From positions 1 to 42,705 of the IMG/VR virus record IMGVR_UViG_2778261632_000005: DNA of 42,705 nt; one strand, written 5' to 3'. This stretch comes from a virus (Duplodnaviria; Heunggongvirae; Uroviricota; Caudoviricetes). Made by a program: the position numbers and the translations under genes. Below, one piece after another: positions 8,300 through 16,753 of this stretch. Within the stretch, counting starts at the first letter, position 1. Each line of letters begins with the position of its first letter. Under the pieces are notes generated by a model. It worked only from the letters and a program-made list of their open reading frames with translations, was not told the DNA's origin and made no database searches.

Positions 8300-8638
8300 A
8301 TGAACAGTGTAACAACACAGTACCGCAGGTCGCAACTTATTGCTCGACCTATGCCGGGTGGAAAAGGCCCGGCGCAGTTCGTGTATGGGGTAATGGTATC
8401 CGGATGCTTTGAGCCTGTCTGCTACCAGTTTGCCGATTGGGTTGTAGGTGATTTCAACGGCCAGGCGGAGAAGGTCGAATGCGAGCACTCAACAGACGGT
8501 TCAAAGACAGCTACGGCGTCCCAGTCAGGGTTATCCGGTGGGAGCCAGAAACTCAACGGGTTATATACCTGCGCGACGGATACGAGCATGAGTGCTTCAG
8601 TCCTCTCGAACAGTTTCAGCGTAAATTCAGGGAAATAG
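8300..8638 (+). CDS. Hypothetical protein (start supported; C-terminal extent doubtful)
   Basis: GGAGA RBS before the ATG at 8300; the C-terminal third is Ser/Thr-rich, looks like off-frame translation, and overlaps the next ORF. Confidence 0.35.
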   Translation: MNSVTTQYRRSQLIARPMPGGKGPAQFVYGVMVSGCFEPVCYQFADWVVGDFNGQAEKVECEHSTDGSKTATASQSGLSGGSQKLNGLYTCATDTSMSASVLSNSFSVNSGK

Positions 8639-8691
8639 AGGATCAGAATGAGCCTGTTAATGACATCCCGGCCCATAGTAATAAATCCTGA
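8479..8691 (+). CDS. Hypothetical small protein (70 aa)
   Basis: GGAGAAGG RBS; protein-like composition; overlaps the start of the replication gene. Confidence 0.4.
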   Translation: MRALNRRFKDSYGVPVRVIRWEPETQRVIYLRDGYEHECFSPLEQFQRKFREIEDQNEPVNDIPAHSNKS

Positions 8692-9568
8692 CCTTGCATA
8701 CAGCATTGGCCTGAATGAGGCGATTGCTTTGCAGCAGATTAATTACTGGCTGCAAGAAACCAAATCGGGCATGGAAAGTGATGGTGTTCGCTGGATTTAC
8801 AACACGACAGAACAGTGGCTGGAGCAGTTCCCGTTCTGGTCTGAGTCGACCCTGAAGCGTACCTTCACCCGCCTGAAGACACTCGGTGTGCTCAAAATTG
8901 AGCAACTGAACAAGTCCCAACGCGACATGACCAACTTCTACACAATCAACTATGAAAGCGAGCTTTTAGATGAAGTCAAAGTGACCGAATCGAAGAGGTC
9001 AAAATGTGCTCTTCCATCAGGTCAAAATGACACGATGGAAGAGGTCAAAGTGACACGCTCCATCAGGTCAAAACGAACCGATGTCATCAGGTCAAAATGC
9101 ACTGATGATCTTACAGAGAATACAACAGAGAGTACTACAGAGATTACAGGTAAAGACTCTTGTCCGGTTGCGGTGCAACCAGACCGAGATGTGTTGATTA
9201 CTGATCAGGCTAAACAGGTTTTGGTTCACCTTAACCAGGTCACGAACTCACGCTACCAGGTTTCAACCACGTCTCTGCAAAACATCCGTGCACGTATCGG
9301 CGAAGGGTTCACCGTTGCAGAGTTGTCGCTGGTGGTGGATTACTGCAACGCGAAGTGGGGTGATGACCTGAAGATGTCTGATTACCTGAGACCACAGACG
9401 CTTTTCCAGCCGTCCAAGTTCCCGGGATACCTCAAGTCTGCAAATAACTGGGACAAAGCTGGCCGCCCAGAACGAGTGAATGGCGAGTGGGCCCGCGAAG
9501 ATGGCATCTTCAAACCCAGCTTCAAGAACACTGATTACAGCGCTATTCCACCAGGGTTCAGGGGGTAA
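8648..9568 (+). CDS. Replication initiator, lambda O-like
   Basis: 306 aa in the replication position after cII; contains an internal iteron array; GAGGA RBS. Confidence 0.7.
   Translation: MSLLMTSRPIVINPDLAYSIGLNEAIALQQINYWLQETKSGMESDGVRWIYNTTEQWLEQFPFWSESTLKRTFTRLKTLGVLKIEQLNKSQRDMTNFYTINYESELLDEVKVTESKRSKCALPSGQNDTMEEVKVTRSIRSKRTDVIRSKCTDDLTENTTESTTEITGKDSCPVAVQPDRDVLITDQAKQVLVHLNQVTNSRYQVSTTSLQNIRARIGEGFTVAELSLVVDYCNAKWGDDLKMSDYLRPQTLFQPSKFPGYLKSANNWDKAGRPERVNGEWAREDGIFKPSFKNTDYSAIPPGFRG
8971..9099 (+). repeat. Origin-like iteron array inside the replication initiator gene
   Basis: Six direct repeats with core GTCAAA(A/G)(T/C)G at 8975, 8998, 9021, 9044, 9067 and 9091 (23-bp period, last 24), with alternating GAAGAG/CATCAG flanks. 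Confidence 0.75.
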
Positions 9569-9570
9569 CG

Positions 9571-10014
9571 ATGAGCATTCTGAAAATGGTCCAGATGTTT
9601 ATTGCCATGAACCCCGGCTCAACGACCAGGGACATCATCGAAGGTCTGACCCAGTTCAGCCAGGACAGGCTACAACTCGCCGTTTGCCGCCTGCATGGTT
9701 CTGGGCTGGCCACGCGTAAACGCGACGGTCGCCAATTCCGTTACTACGCGGAACCGCCAGCAGATTGCCACTTCGAAGTGTTTGAACCAACTCCTGAAGT
9801 CAGCGCCTTGATGGAAACGGCGAAAGGTCTGGAGTCGAAAGATCTCTTTCACCGTGCCGCGACGATTTACATGGAGGCGTTCAGCGCATCAGCCATTGAA
9901 TCAGAGCGAGCAGCAATACTGGCAGAACGTCAGCGCTGCCTTGGCCTGGCTAAACCAGCAGTTATTGCCGAAGACGGATGCTATCTGGCTGGTCGATTTT
10001 CGGGAGGCCGTTAA
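9571..10014 (+). CDS. Hypothetical protein in the lambda-P position (147 aa)
   Basis: Follows the O-like gene; no Walker motifs, so not a DnaC-type loader. Confidence 0.5.
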   Translation: MSILKMVQMFIAMNPGSTTRDIIEGLTQFSQDRLQLAVCRLHGSGLATRKRDGRQFRYYAEPPADCHFEVFEPTPEVSALMETAKGLESKDLFHRAATIYMEAFSASAIESERAAILAERQRCLGLAKPAVIAEDGCYLAGRFSGGR

Positions 10015-10682
10015 TGAACTATTCACTGATTTACGCCGATCCACCGTGGGAATACGGGAACACTATCAGCAATGGCGCAGCGGAAAACCATTACGGCACG
10101 ATGAAACTCATCGACATTAAACGCCTTCCTGTCTGGGAACTGGCCGCCGAAGATTCAGTTCTGGCTATGTGGTTCACCGGTACACATACCCGTGAGGCGA
10201 TCGAACTGGCTGAAGCATGGGGTTTTAAGGTTCGGACCATGAAGGGATTCACCTGGGTGAAGTTCAACTCACTGGCAGAACAGCATATCAATAAAGCGCT
10301 TCAGGCTGGTGGAGTAGAGGACTTTTACGACTTCCTTGACCTGTTGAACGCTCAGACCCGAATGAACGGTGGTAACTATACCCGCGCCAACACCGAGGAT
10401 CTGTTAATCGCCACCCGTGGTAAAGGGCTGGAACGGTTAAACGCGAGCGTGAAGCAGGTTATCTACAGCCCACTTGGTGAGCATAGCCAGAAGCCAGCAG
10501 AAGCGCGTTACCGTCTGGAGCAGTTATATGGCGATGTGTCACGCATTGAGTTGTTCAGCCGCTGCGCGTCCCCCGGCTGGCATCACTGGGGAAATCAGGC
10601 AGAAAACCCTGATGTAATCATGTTCCCTGGTTACGTTGCTAAACCTGCTCCGCTGCTGGAGGTGGCTTATGCAGGATGTTGA
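10014..10682 (+). CDS. DNA N6-adenine methyltransferase, MT-A70 / phage Dam-like
   Basis: DPPW catalytic motif (LIYADPPWEYG) near the N-terminus; GGAGG RBS; ATG overlaps the upstream stop (TAATG). Confidence 0.8.
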   Translation: MNYSLIYADPPWEYGNTISNGAAENHYGTMKLIDIKRLPVWELAAEDSVLAMWFTGTHTREAIELAEAWGFKVRTMKGFTWVKFNSLAEQHINKALQAGGVEDFYDFLDLLNAQTRMNGGNYTRANTEDLLIATRGKGLERLNASVKQVIYSPLGEHSQKPAEARYRLEQLYGDVSRIELFSRCASPGWHHWGNQAENPDVIMFPGYVAKPAPLLEVAYAGC

Positions 10683-10887
10683 GGCACGAAACGCGCTTCG
10701 TAACATCGCCAGAAGATGCAACGAGGAAATAACCGCTAAACGCAAGGCTAACCCAGGTATTAATTGTGACGAAATAGCCAGGCCAATTTTTAACGATGCC
10801 ATGGGGATGGTTAAGCAGCTCGGCTTTACGCCATCTCATTTGTATCTCGAAGTCGGGATTCTGAACAAGCGGATTAAGGAGCGCTGA
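10669..10887 (+). CDS. Hypothetical protein (72 aa)
   Basis: GGAGG RBS; start overlaps the methyltransferase 3' end. Confidence 0.45.
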   Translation: MQDVEARNALRNIARRCNEEITAKRKANPGINCDEIARPIFNDAMGMVKQLGFTPSHLYLEVGILNKRIKER

Positions 10888-10888
10888 A

Positions 10889-11206
10889 GTGAACAAACTT
10901 ACCGTGAGACAAAGTGAAGTACTTGGTTCGATCGTTAACTATCAGCGCCGGTTCGGATTCCCTCCAACGATATGTGAACTGGCTGGGCTGATTGGTTGCT
11001 CATCACCGAACGCAGCAGCGGAGCATGTGAAGGCCATAGCGAAGAAGGGATATATCTCAGTAGCACCTGGAGTTTCCAGGGGGATCACCGTTATTTCAGG
11101 AAATGATGAGGCAGACGCGATATCGATCATCAAGTCACTCATTAACGGTGAGAGTGATTCAAGAGAACGCGCCTTGTCATGGCTGGAAGCGAGGGGTGTT
11201 CAGTAA
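10889..11206 (+). CDS. LexA N-terminal DNA-binding-domain-only protein
   Basis: 105 aa, GTG start with AAGGAG RBS; resembles the LexA winged-helix domain (FPPTICELAGLIG-SSPNAAAEHVKAIAKKGYI); no S24 peptidase domain. Confidence 0.7.
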   Translation: MNKLTVRQSEVLGSIVNYQRRFGFPPTICELAGLIGCSSPNAAAEHVKAIAKKGYISVAPGVSRGITVISGNDEADAISIIKSLINGESDSRERALSWLEARGVQ

Positions 11207-11595
11207 TGAAATTAACGCTGCCATTCCCGCCAACAGTTAACACCTATTACCGGTCACCTGACCGTGGAGCGTTAAAGGGTAAGCACCTGATCAGTGAGAT
11301 GGGTAGGAAATTCAAGAAGAACGTTTACGCATCTGTTGTTGAGCAGTACGGCGGTATACCTAAACCAGTTAACGTCAACGTTGAGGTAAACATAGTTCTT
11401 TTCCCGCCAGATAACAGACGGCGGGATTTGGACAACTACAACAAAGCGCTGTTCGACGCACTGACGAATGCCAGAGTCTGGGAAGACGACAGTCAGGTTA
11501 AACGGATGGCAATCGAATGGGGGCCTGTAGTAAAGCCTGGAAGGGTAGAGATAACGATCAGCCGATTTGAAACCGTGGCGGGTGCAGCCGCCTGA
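11206..11595 (+). CDS. rusA: Holliday-junction resolvase RusA
   Basis: 129 aa; RusA-like motifs (LPFPPTVNTYYR, RRRDLDNYNKALFDALT); TAATG overlap with the upstream gene. Confidence 0.85.
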   Translation: MKLTLPFPPTVNTYYRSPDRGALKGKHLISEMGRKFKKNVYASVVEQYGGIPKPVNVNVEVNIVLFPPDNRRRDLDNYNKALFDALTNARVWEDDSQVKRMAIEWGPVVKPGRVEITISRFETVAGAAA

Positions 11596-11611
11596 TAAGT
11601 GGAGACAGAGC

Positions 11612-12337
11612 ATGCAACAGATGAGCATAACAGTAACGTGTCCGACCCATCATGCAGCAACGATAGGGCAGCAGATCACCATGTCCAGCCGTGAAATTGC
11701 GAAACTGGTTGATTCCCGGCACAGCAATGTCTGCGTAACGATAGAGCGCCTCATGAATTCCGGTGTGATTGGAGGGTATGCTGCATTGCAGTACACCCAT
11801 CCCCAGAACGGGCAGACCTACCATCACTATGAAGTGAACAAACGAGACAGCTATGTGATCGTTGCTCAATTATCGCCGGAGTTTACCGCCCGACTTGTTG
11901 ACCGCTGGCAGGAACTGGAGAGCAACGGTGGAATGATTGTTCCCCGGTCACTTCCTGAGGCACTGCGCCTTGCTGCTGATCTGGCAGAACAGAAACAGCG
12001 CCTGAGTGAAGAACTGGCAGTTGCAGCACCGAAGGCCGAGTTCGTTGATCGTTATGTTACGGCTACTGGGTCAATGACTTTCCGGCAGGTTGCCAAGCTG
12101 CTTAACGCCAAAGAGCCAGAGTTTGCGATGTTCCTGATTGAGAACGGCATCATGTACCGGCTTAACCGTGTTCTCACACCAAAGAGCAAGCATATCGAAG
12201 CAGGGCGCTTTGAGGTGAAGACGGGCACGACAAACCAGACAAATTATGCGTTCAATCAGTCCCGCTTCACCGCCAAGGGTGTTCGCTGGATTGGTGGCCT
12301 GTGGGCAGAGCATATTGCTAAGGGGCAGGTAGCGTGA
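11612..12337 (+). CDS. Rha-family phage regulatory protein / antirepressor-like
   Basis: 241 aa; Rha-like N-terminus (MSSREIAKLVDSRHSNV) with an antirepressor-type C-terminus; GGAGA RBS. Confidence 0.65.
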   Translation: MQQMSITVTCPTHHAATIGQQITMSSREIAKLVDSRHSNVCVTIERLMNSGVIGGYAALQYTHPQNGQTYHHYEVNKRDSYVIVAQLSPEFTARLVDRWQELESNGGMIVPRSLPEALRLAADLAEQKQRLSEELAVAAPKAEFVDRYVTATGSMTFRQVAKLLNAKEPEFAMFLIENGIMYRLNRVLTPKSKHIEAGRFEVKTGTTNQTNYAFNQSRFTAKGVRWIGGLWAEHIAKGQVA

Positions 12338-13323
12338 GGGCATTACTGACACCTGAAGTGGCACCGATGACCGGGGTAGTGATATTTCGCCCAGGCAGTG
12401 AACTGATGCATCTGTTCAGACGTGGGCGTGTTCTTATCGAGCCGCAGGCAGAGTCAATGACTGAGTTACCGTCTGGCATGCTGCCGGAGACTGCTCAGGA
12501 GCTTCAGAACGATCCGTTAATGCGTGCTGTCTTCGAAAATCAGAAGGTCATACATCGTGCTGGTGGACTGAATTCACTGGATTCCTGGCTCGAAAGAAAA
12601 CTGGAATGTCAGTACCCACACAGCGAGTGGCATGATCGCAACTACACCATCACCCGGCATGCGCCTAGCTCAATCCGCACGTGCTGGGGCTGTGACTTAA
12701 AAATTCGTGAGCAGTTCACTGAAGGTCTGGCGGGTATTGCCCGTCAAAACCTGGTATCCTGGCTTCTGAAGGTCGTAAACGGTCAATTAGGCTTCAGTGA
12801 AGACCATGTTCTTACGCTTCCGGAGTTTTGCTGGTGGATGGTAAAGAGCGACCTGGCTGACGAGATACCTGAAGCCGTAGCCCATAAAGCCCTTCGTCTG
12901 AAGGAGGAGACTAACCAGTCGGTAACACGTGAAAGCGATATTGTTCCGACATTACCCGCTCAACAACTGGTACAGGAGAAAGCGAAAAAGATAGTGGCGA
13001 TGAAGGTAGACCCGGAGACACCGGAATCCTTCATGCTTAAACCCAAGCGTCGCCGCTGGGTGAATGAGAAATACACGAGATGGGTTAAGGCCCAGCCGTG
13101 CGTATGCTGTAACAAGCAAGCTGACGACCCCCACCACCTGATTGGCCACGGGCAGGGTGGAATGGGTACAAAGGCACACGACCTGTTTGTGATTCCTCTG
13201 TGCAGAGAGCATCACGACGAGTTGCATGCTGATCCTGTGGTATTTGAATCGAAATACGGTGACCAGCTGGTCCTGGTGTTTCGGGTTATAGATCGTGCGC
13301 TGGCAATCGGCGTACTGGCGTAA
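12334..13323 (+). CDS. DUF968-like phage protein with C-terminal HNH-like Cys/His cluster
   Basis: 329 aa; C-terminal CVCCNK...HHLIGHG...CREHHDELH; GTG start overlapping the upstream stop. Confidence 0.55.
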   Translation: MRALLTPEVAPMTGVVIFRPGSELMHLFRRGRVLIEPQAESMTELPSGMLPETAQELQNDPLMRAVFENQKVIHRAGGLNSLDSWLERKLECQYPHSEWHDRNYTITRHAPSSIRTCWGCDLKIREQFTEGLAGIARQNLVSWLLKVVNGQLGFSEDHVLTLPEFCWWMVKSDLADEIPEAVAHKALRLKEETNQSVTRESDIVPTLPAQQLVQEKAKKIVAMKVDPETPESFMLKPKRRRWVNEKYTRWVKAQPCVCCNKQADDPHHLIGHGQGGMGTKAHDLFVIPLCREHHDELHADPVVFESKYGDQLVLVFRVIDRALAIGVLA

Positions 13324-13335
13324 GTGGAGACGCTC

Positions 13336-14166
13336 ATGGATCTCGATAATGTTGTTAAATTTTTTGCCCCAAAAGGAATGCATATTTCCGATAGTGTTCG
13401 CGCTACTGCTAGTGAACAACTAACAGTAACTGATGTTATGGCAGCTCTTGGCATGACCCAGGCAGACGCTGGAATTGGCCTTGCCATGTATCTTGGTAAG
13501 GCTGGGGTAAGTAAGCAGGACAGAGAAGCATCAATAAACTGGCTTGCTGAATACGCCAAAGAATCCGCGCCTTTTGCAGTTCGCCGCCTAGCCGGTAAAA
13601 AATTCCCTCTATGTATGCTCATCTTGGCTAAGTTCGCCTATAACGACTATGCATCATCAGCTGCTGATGTATTCGATTGTCCTAAATGCAATGGCAAAGG
13701 GCTAATTGAAAAAGTTGTAACGGTAACTAAAAGCCATTACACAATGAGGCTTCCGCAATGGGCCAAAGACTTCGGGCAGTCACCATCTTATTTCGAAAAG
13801 AAGCGTGAGGTTAAGGATATTGAGCAATCACTCTGCACTAAATGTCACGGAACCGGAAAGCTAAGCAAGCGCTGCCAGTGTGGTGGGACAGGAAAGACGC
13901 TGGACCGAAAAGCAACAGATCTTCAGGGCGTACCGGTTTATAAGGAATGCAAACGCTGTGAAGGTCGCGGTTACAGCAGACCAAAATCCTCCGTTGCTTA
14001 CCGGGGTATCTTTTCCGAACTTCCAAGCCTTCCAGATCGTACTTGGCGCTATAGCTGGAAACCATTCTATGAAATGCTCGTTTCTCGTTGTTTCCAGGAA
14101 GAGAGCTATTCAAATACACAATTGAAAAAAGTTACCAGAAACGAAAGTTTGAGCGATATCGCGTAA
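13336..14166 (+). CDS. Q: Late antiterminator, Q-like
   Basis: Sits just before a promoter-terminator region and the lysis genes; Cys-rich zinc-finger-like motifs (CPKCNGKG, CTKCHGTGK, CQCGGTGK, CKRCEGRG). Confidence 0.65.
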   Translation: MDLDNVVKFFAPKGMHISDSVRATASEQLTVTDVMAALGMTQADAGIGLAMYLGKAGVSKQDREASINWLAEYAKESAPFAVRRLAGKKFPLCMLILAKFAYNDYASSAADVFDCPKCNGKGLIEKVVTVTKSHYTMRLPQWAKDFGQSPSYFEKKREVKDIEQSLCTKCHGTGKLSKRCQCGGTGKTLDRKATDLQGVPVYKECKRCEGRGYSRPKSSVAYRGIFSELPSLPDRTWRYSWKPFYEMLVSRCFQEESYSNTQLKKVTRNESLSDIA

Positions 14167-14262
14167 TTTAGCGTCAAGTTACTTGCAATGTTGCCGTTTT
14201 TGAGTTAATTTGACACTAACGATGGGCATTGTATGTCTACGGTTAGGAATAAAATTTAAAAA

Positions 14263-14285
14263 CCTCGCTACGGCGGGGTTTTTTT
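14263..14285 (+). terminator. Intrinsic terminator (tR'-like) downstream of Q
   Basis: Stem CCTCGC/GCGGGG with loop TACG then a T7 run; candidate promoter TTGCAA-16 nt-TAATTT at 14184-14211. Confidence 0.65.
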
Positions 14286-14437
14286 ATGGATGACCGCCGC
14301 CAATAAGACAAAGAGCGGGGAGTGATAAGGAGTCTACATGTTCCAGCCGACCTTAAAGCTCACATAGGCAGGACCACAATTAAACTCTGCGCAAACCAAG
14401 GTTGAGCGCCCTGTACCAGTAAGCAGGACCATTTTAA

Positions 14438-14462
14438 GGCTGCGCATTGCGTGGCCTTTTTT
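14438..14462 (+). terminator. Second intrinsic terminator in the Q-to-lysis leader
   Basis: 8-bp stem GGCTGCGC/GCGTGGCC (two G-U pairs) followed by TTTTTT. Confidence 0.55.
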
Positions 14463-14508
14463 ATTTCCCCTCAATTTGAGAGGACTCACAGCAATAAGAG
14501 GGGGCTTA

Positions 14509-14904
14509 ATGTCCGATCCTGTTTCTGGCACTACGGTCGCGGCTGGTGGACTGATGGGAGCCAGCGTATTTGGTCTTGCAACCGGTATTGATTATGGCGT
14601 GGTATTTGGCGCATTCGCTGGTGCAGTATTTTATGTAGCGACAGCGGCAAATATCACACGAGTACGATTGATTGCTTACTTCATGACGTCATTCATTGTT
14701 GGCGTTCTTGCTGCTGGCCTGGTTGGTTCAAAGTTGTCACAGGCTACCGGGTACAATGACAGACCATTAGACGCACTTGGTGCTGTTGTAGTGGCTGCGA
14801 TGACAATCAAAGTGCTCACATTTTTCAACAGTCAGGATTTGGGAAGCCTGTTCAGTATTCTTTCGCGATTCCGTGGAGGAGGGGCCAGCAATGGTAACAA
14901 GTGA
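14509..14904 (+). CDS. Putative holin (membrane protein)
   Basis: 131 aa, several hydrophobic helices, GAGGGGG RBS, immediately upstream of the endolysin. Confidence 0.6.
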   Translation: MSDPVSGTTVAAGGLMGASVFGLATGIDYGVVFGAFAGAVFYVATAANITRVRLIAYFMTSFIVGVLAAGLVGSKLSQATGYNDRPLDALGAVVVAAMTIKVLTFFNSQDLGSLFSILSRFRGGGASNGNK

Positions 14905-15172
14905 TCCGTCAGCGATGGTGAATGCAGGTATTTGTGCGGTCATCGTCCTTGTCCTGATGTTTTACCAGCGTGAAGGGGCAAGACATCGCCCCGCTATATC
15001 ATTGCTGGCGTACTTCGTTGTGCTGGTTTATGCCAGCGTTCCATTCAGATATCTGTTTGGCCTCTACCAGGAGTCACACTGGATGGTGGTCATCGTAAAC
15101 CTTCTTATTTGCGCTGCCGTCTTATGGGCTCGTGGGAACGTGGCGCGTCTCGTTGATACGCTGAGGCATTAA
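14891..15172 (+). CDS. Second small lysis-cassette membrane protein (holin/antiholin candidate)
   Basis: 93 aa with 3 predicted TM segments; GGAGGA RBS; overlaps the neighbouring genes. Confidence 0.55.
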   Translation: MVTSDPSAMVNAGICAVIVLVLMFYQREGARHRPAISLLAYFVVLVYASVPFRYLFGLYQESHWMVVIVNLLICAAVLWARGNVARLVDTLRH

Positions 15173-15789
15173 TGAACCAATCACAATTTCAACAGGCGGC
15201 TGGTGTCAGCGCCGGGTTAGCTTCGCGCTGGTTTCCGCACATTGACGCAGCAATGAAAGAGTTCGGCATTGTTAAGCCCGAAGACCAGGCAATGTTTATC
15301 GCTCAGGCAGGACATGAATCAGCAGGATTTACCGCGCTGGTGGAGAGCTTCAACTACACCCCTGCTGCTCTGCTGACCACCTTTGGACGCCGCATTACGA
15401 ACTATCAGGCATATATGCTTGGGCGTGACAAAGAAAAAGGGCAGCTAGCCAATCAGCCAGCCATTGCAAATCTGGTGTACAGCAATCGCCTCGGTAACAA
15501 AGCATCAGGCGATGGGTGGAAATATCGTGGCCGTGGGCTGATTCAGATTACCGGTCTTGATAATTACCGCCGCTGCGGAACGGGATTAAAACTGGATTTA
15601 GTCAGTAATCCTGAGTTGCTGGAAAAGGATATCAACGCTGCACGGTCAGCTGCATGGTTCTACGCCACCAGCAGATGCCTGAGCTACTCCGGCGATCTGG
15701 TTCGTATCACTCAGATCATCAATGGTGGACAGAACGGCATTAACGACCGTCGTGCACGCTACGCCAAAGCAAAATCGGTGCTCTCATGA
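15172..15789 (+). CDS. Endolysin, glycoside hydrolase family 19 (chitinase-like)
   Basis: 205 aa; GH19-type catalytic region (AQAGHESAGF, GRGLIQITG, IINGG) between the membrane proteins and the spanins. Confidence 0.8.
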   Translation: MNQSQFQQAAGVSAGLASRWFPHIDAAMKEFGIVKPEDQAMFIAQAGHESAGFTALVESFNYTPAALLTTFGRRITNYQAYMLGRDKEKGQLANQPAIANLVYSNRLGNKASGDGWKYRGRGLIQITGLDNYRRCGTGLKLDLVSNPELLEKDINAARSAAWFYATSRCLSYSGDLVRITQIINGGQNGINDRRARYAKAKSVLS

Positions 15790-16010
15790 TTAAGTGGCTG
15801 GTTCTCCTCATTCCACATTGGGAAACGGACACGGTTGTTTTGCAGGAGAAGGGTGACGAATTACATATCGCTTGCAGTTATAGCGATATTAAACCTGGCG
15901 AGGTGTTCGACGGGATGTGTGAACTTAAAACCTTCACATGGCTTAACTGGTCTTTCCCATACGGTCAGCCTATCAACGTCCGCTCATTTGAACCAAAGGT
16001 AATCGCATGA
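15786..16010 (+). CDS. Hypothetical lysis-cassette protein (74 aa)
   Basis: ATGA overlap with the endolysin stop. Confidence 0.45.
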   Translation: MIKWLVLLIPHWETDTVVLQEKGDELHIACSYSDIKPGEVFDGMCELKTFTWLNWSFPYGQPINVRSFEPKVIA

Positions 16011-16279
16011 GCATTGTAGAAATCATTATCGGCGTTATTGGCGCAATTATGGTAGCAGCTGCTGGTGGTTTTGGTGTTGGCCATTTGCGAGGCACCAATA
16101 AAGCGGAAGCCAAAGCAGATCAGCAGCGCACTGAAGAACGTGCAGCAGCTACTGAAGCCGTTGCAGAACGCCGGGTAGAGACAACAAAAGGAGCCAGGGA
16201 TGTACAGCAGACTGTTAATCATCTTCCTGATGACGATGTTGACCGTGAGTTGCGCGAAAACTTTACCCGCAAAACCTGA
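16007..16279 (+). CDS. i-spanin, Rz-like
   Basis: N-terminal TM helix (IIIGVIGAIMVAAAGGFGV) then a charged periplasmic domain. Confidence 0.7.
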   Translation: MSIVEIIIGVIGAIMVAAAGGFGVGHLRGTNKAEAKADQQRTEERAAATEAVAERRVETTKGARDVQQTVNHLPDDDVDRELRENFTRKT

Positions 16280-16433
16280 AGTAACGGACACGGCCTGTGA
16301 CTGGGTGAACATCATCTACCTCACAGAACACGACATTGAGGTAATGGATCGCCAGACTAAGAAAGATGTGTTGACGCATAACCGGTCTGTTCAGCGCAAC
16401 TGTCCAAATAAAATCACTACGGCCTCGCAATAG
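16200..16433 (+). CDS. o-spanin, Rz1-like lipoprotein (overlapped, +1 frame)
   Basis: Lipobox LTVSC in the signal peptide; starts inside the Rz gene and runs past its stop; AAAGGAG RBS. Confidence 0.7.
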   Translation: MYSRLLIIFLMTMLTVSCAKTLPAKPEVTDTACDWVNIIYLTEHDIEVMDRQTKKDVLTHNRSVQRNCPNKITTASQ

Positions 16434-16445
16434 CGGGGCTTTTTA
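16422..16445 (+). terminator. Intrinsic terminator after the spanins
   Basis: Stem GCCTCGC/GCGGGGC with loop AATA then TTTTT; overlaps the Rz1 stop. Confidence 0.65.
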
Positions 16446-16465
16446 ACGTAATAAAGGTAAAGACG

Positions 16466-16753
16466 ATGGATGAAGAATATCGTAAAGACCTGCAACTATG
16501 GTTTGGACTATCACACGCCGCTTTTTGCGTAATGCCTCGCGTATTCATGGAAGCTATGCCCGCTGAATGGCAAGAGAAGATGGCCCAACTGCTATTTGAG
16601 TATGACGATACGGTTAAAACGAATGTGTGTGGAATTCATAGTTGTTTTGTTACTGCCAAGGACAGAAGCAACAGATTTATGAAGATGCCAGACGACATTC
16701 TTAATTATCGTCACCCACGGCGTGAGTTCATCGAATCTTTCCTGAACAAGTAG
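16466..16753 (+). CDS. Hypothetical protein (95 aa)
   Basis: ORF after the lysis terminator; no recognisable motifs. Confidence 0.45.
   Translation: MDEEYRKDLQLWFGLSHAAFCVMPRVFMEAMPAEWQEKMAQLLFEYDDTVKTNVCGIHSCFVTAKDRSNRFMKMPDDILNYRHPRREFIESFLNK

Noticed and set aside
8971-9099. The 23-bp periodic repeats as a CRISPR array
   Set aside because: Units are only 9-bp cores with alternating flanks, lie inside an ORF, and have no leader or cas genes; they are origin iterons
12952-13622. Minus-strand ORFs (155 and 136 aa) overlapping the DUF968-like and Q-like genes
   Set aside because: Antisense to two co-directional genes with RBSs and coupled starts; low-complexity composition
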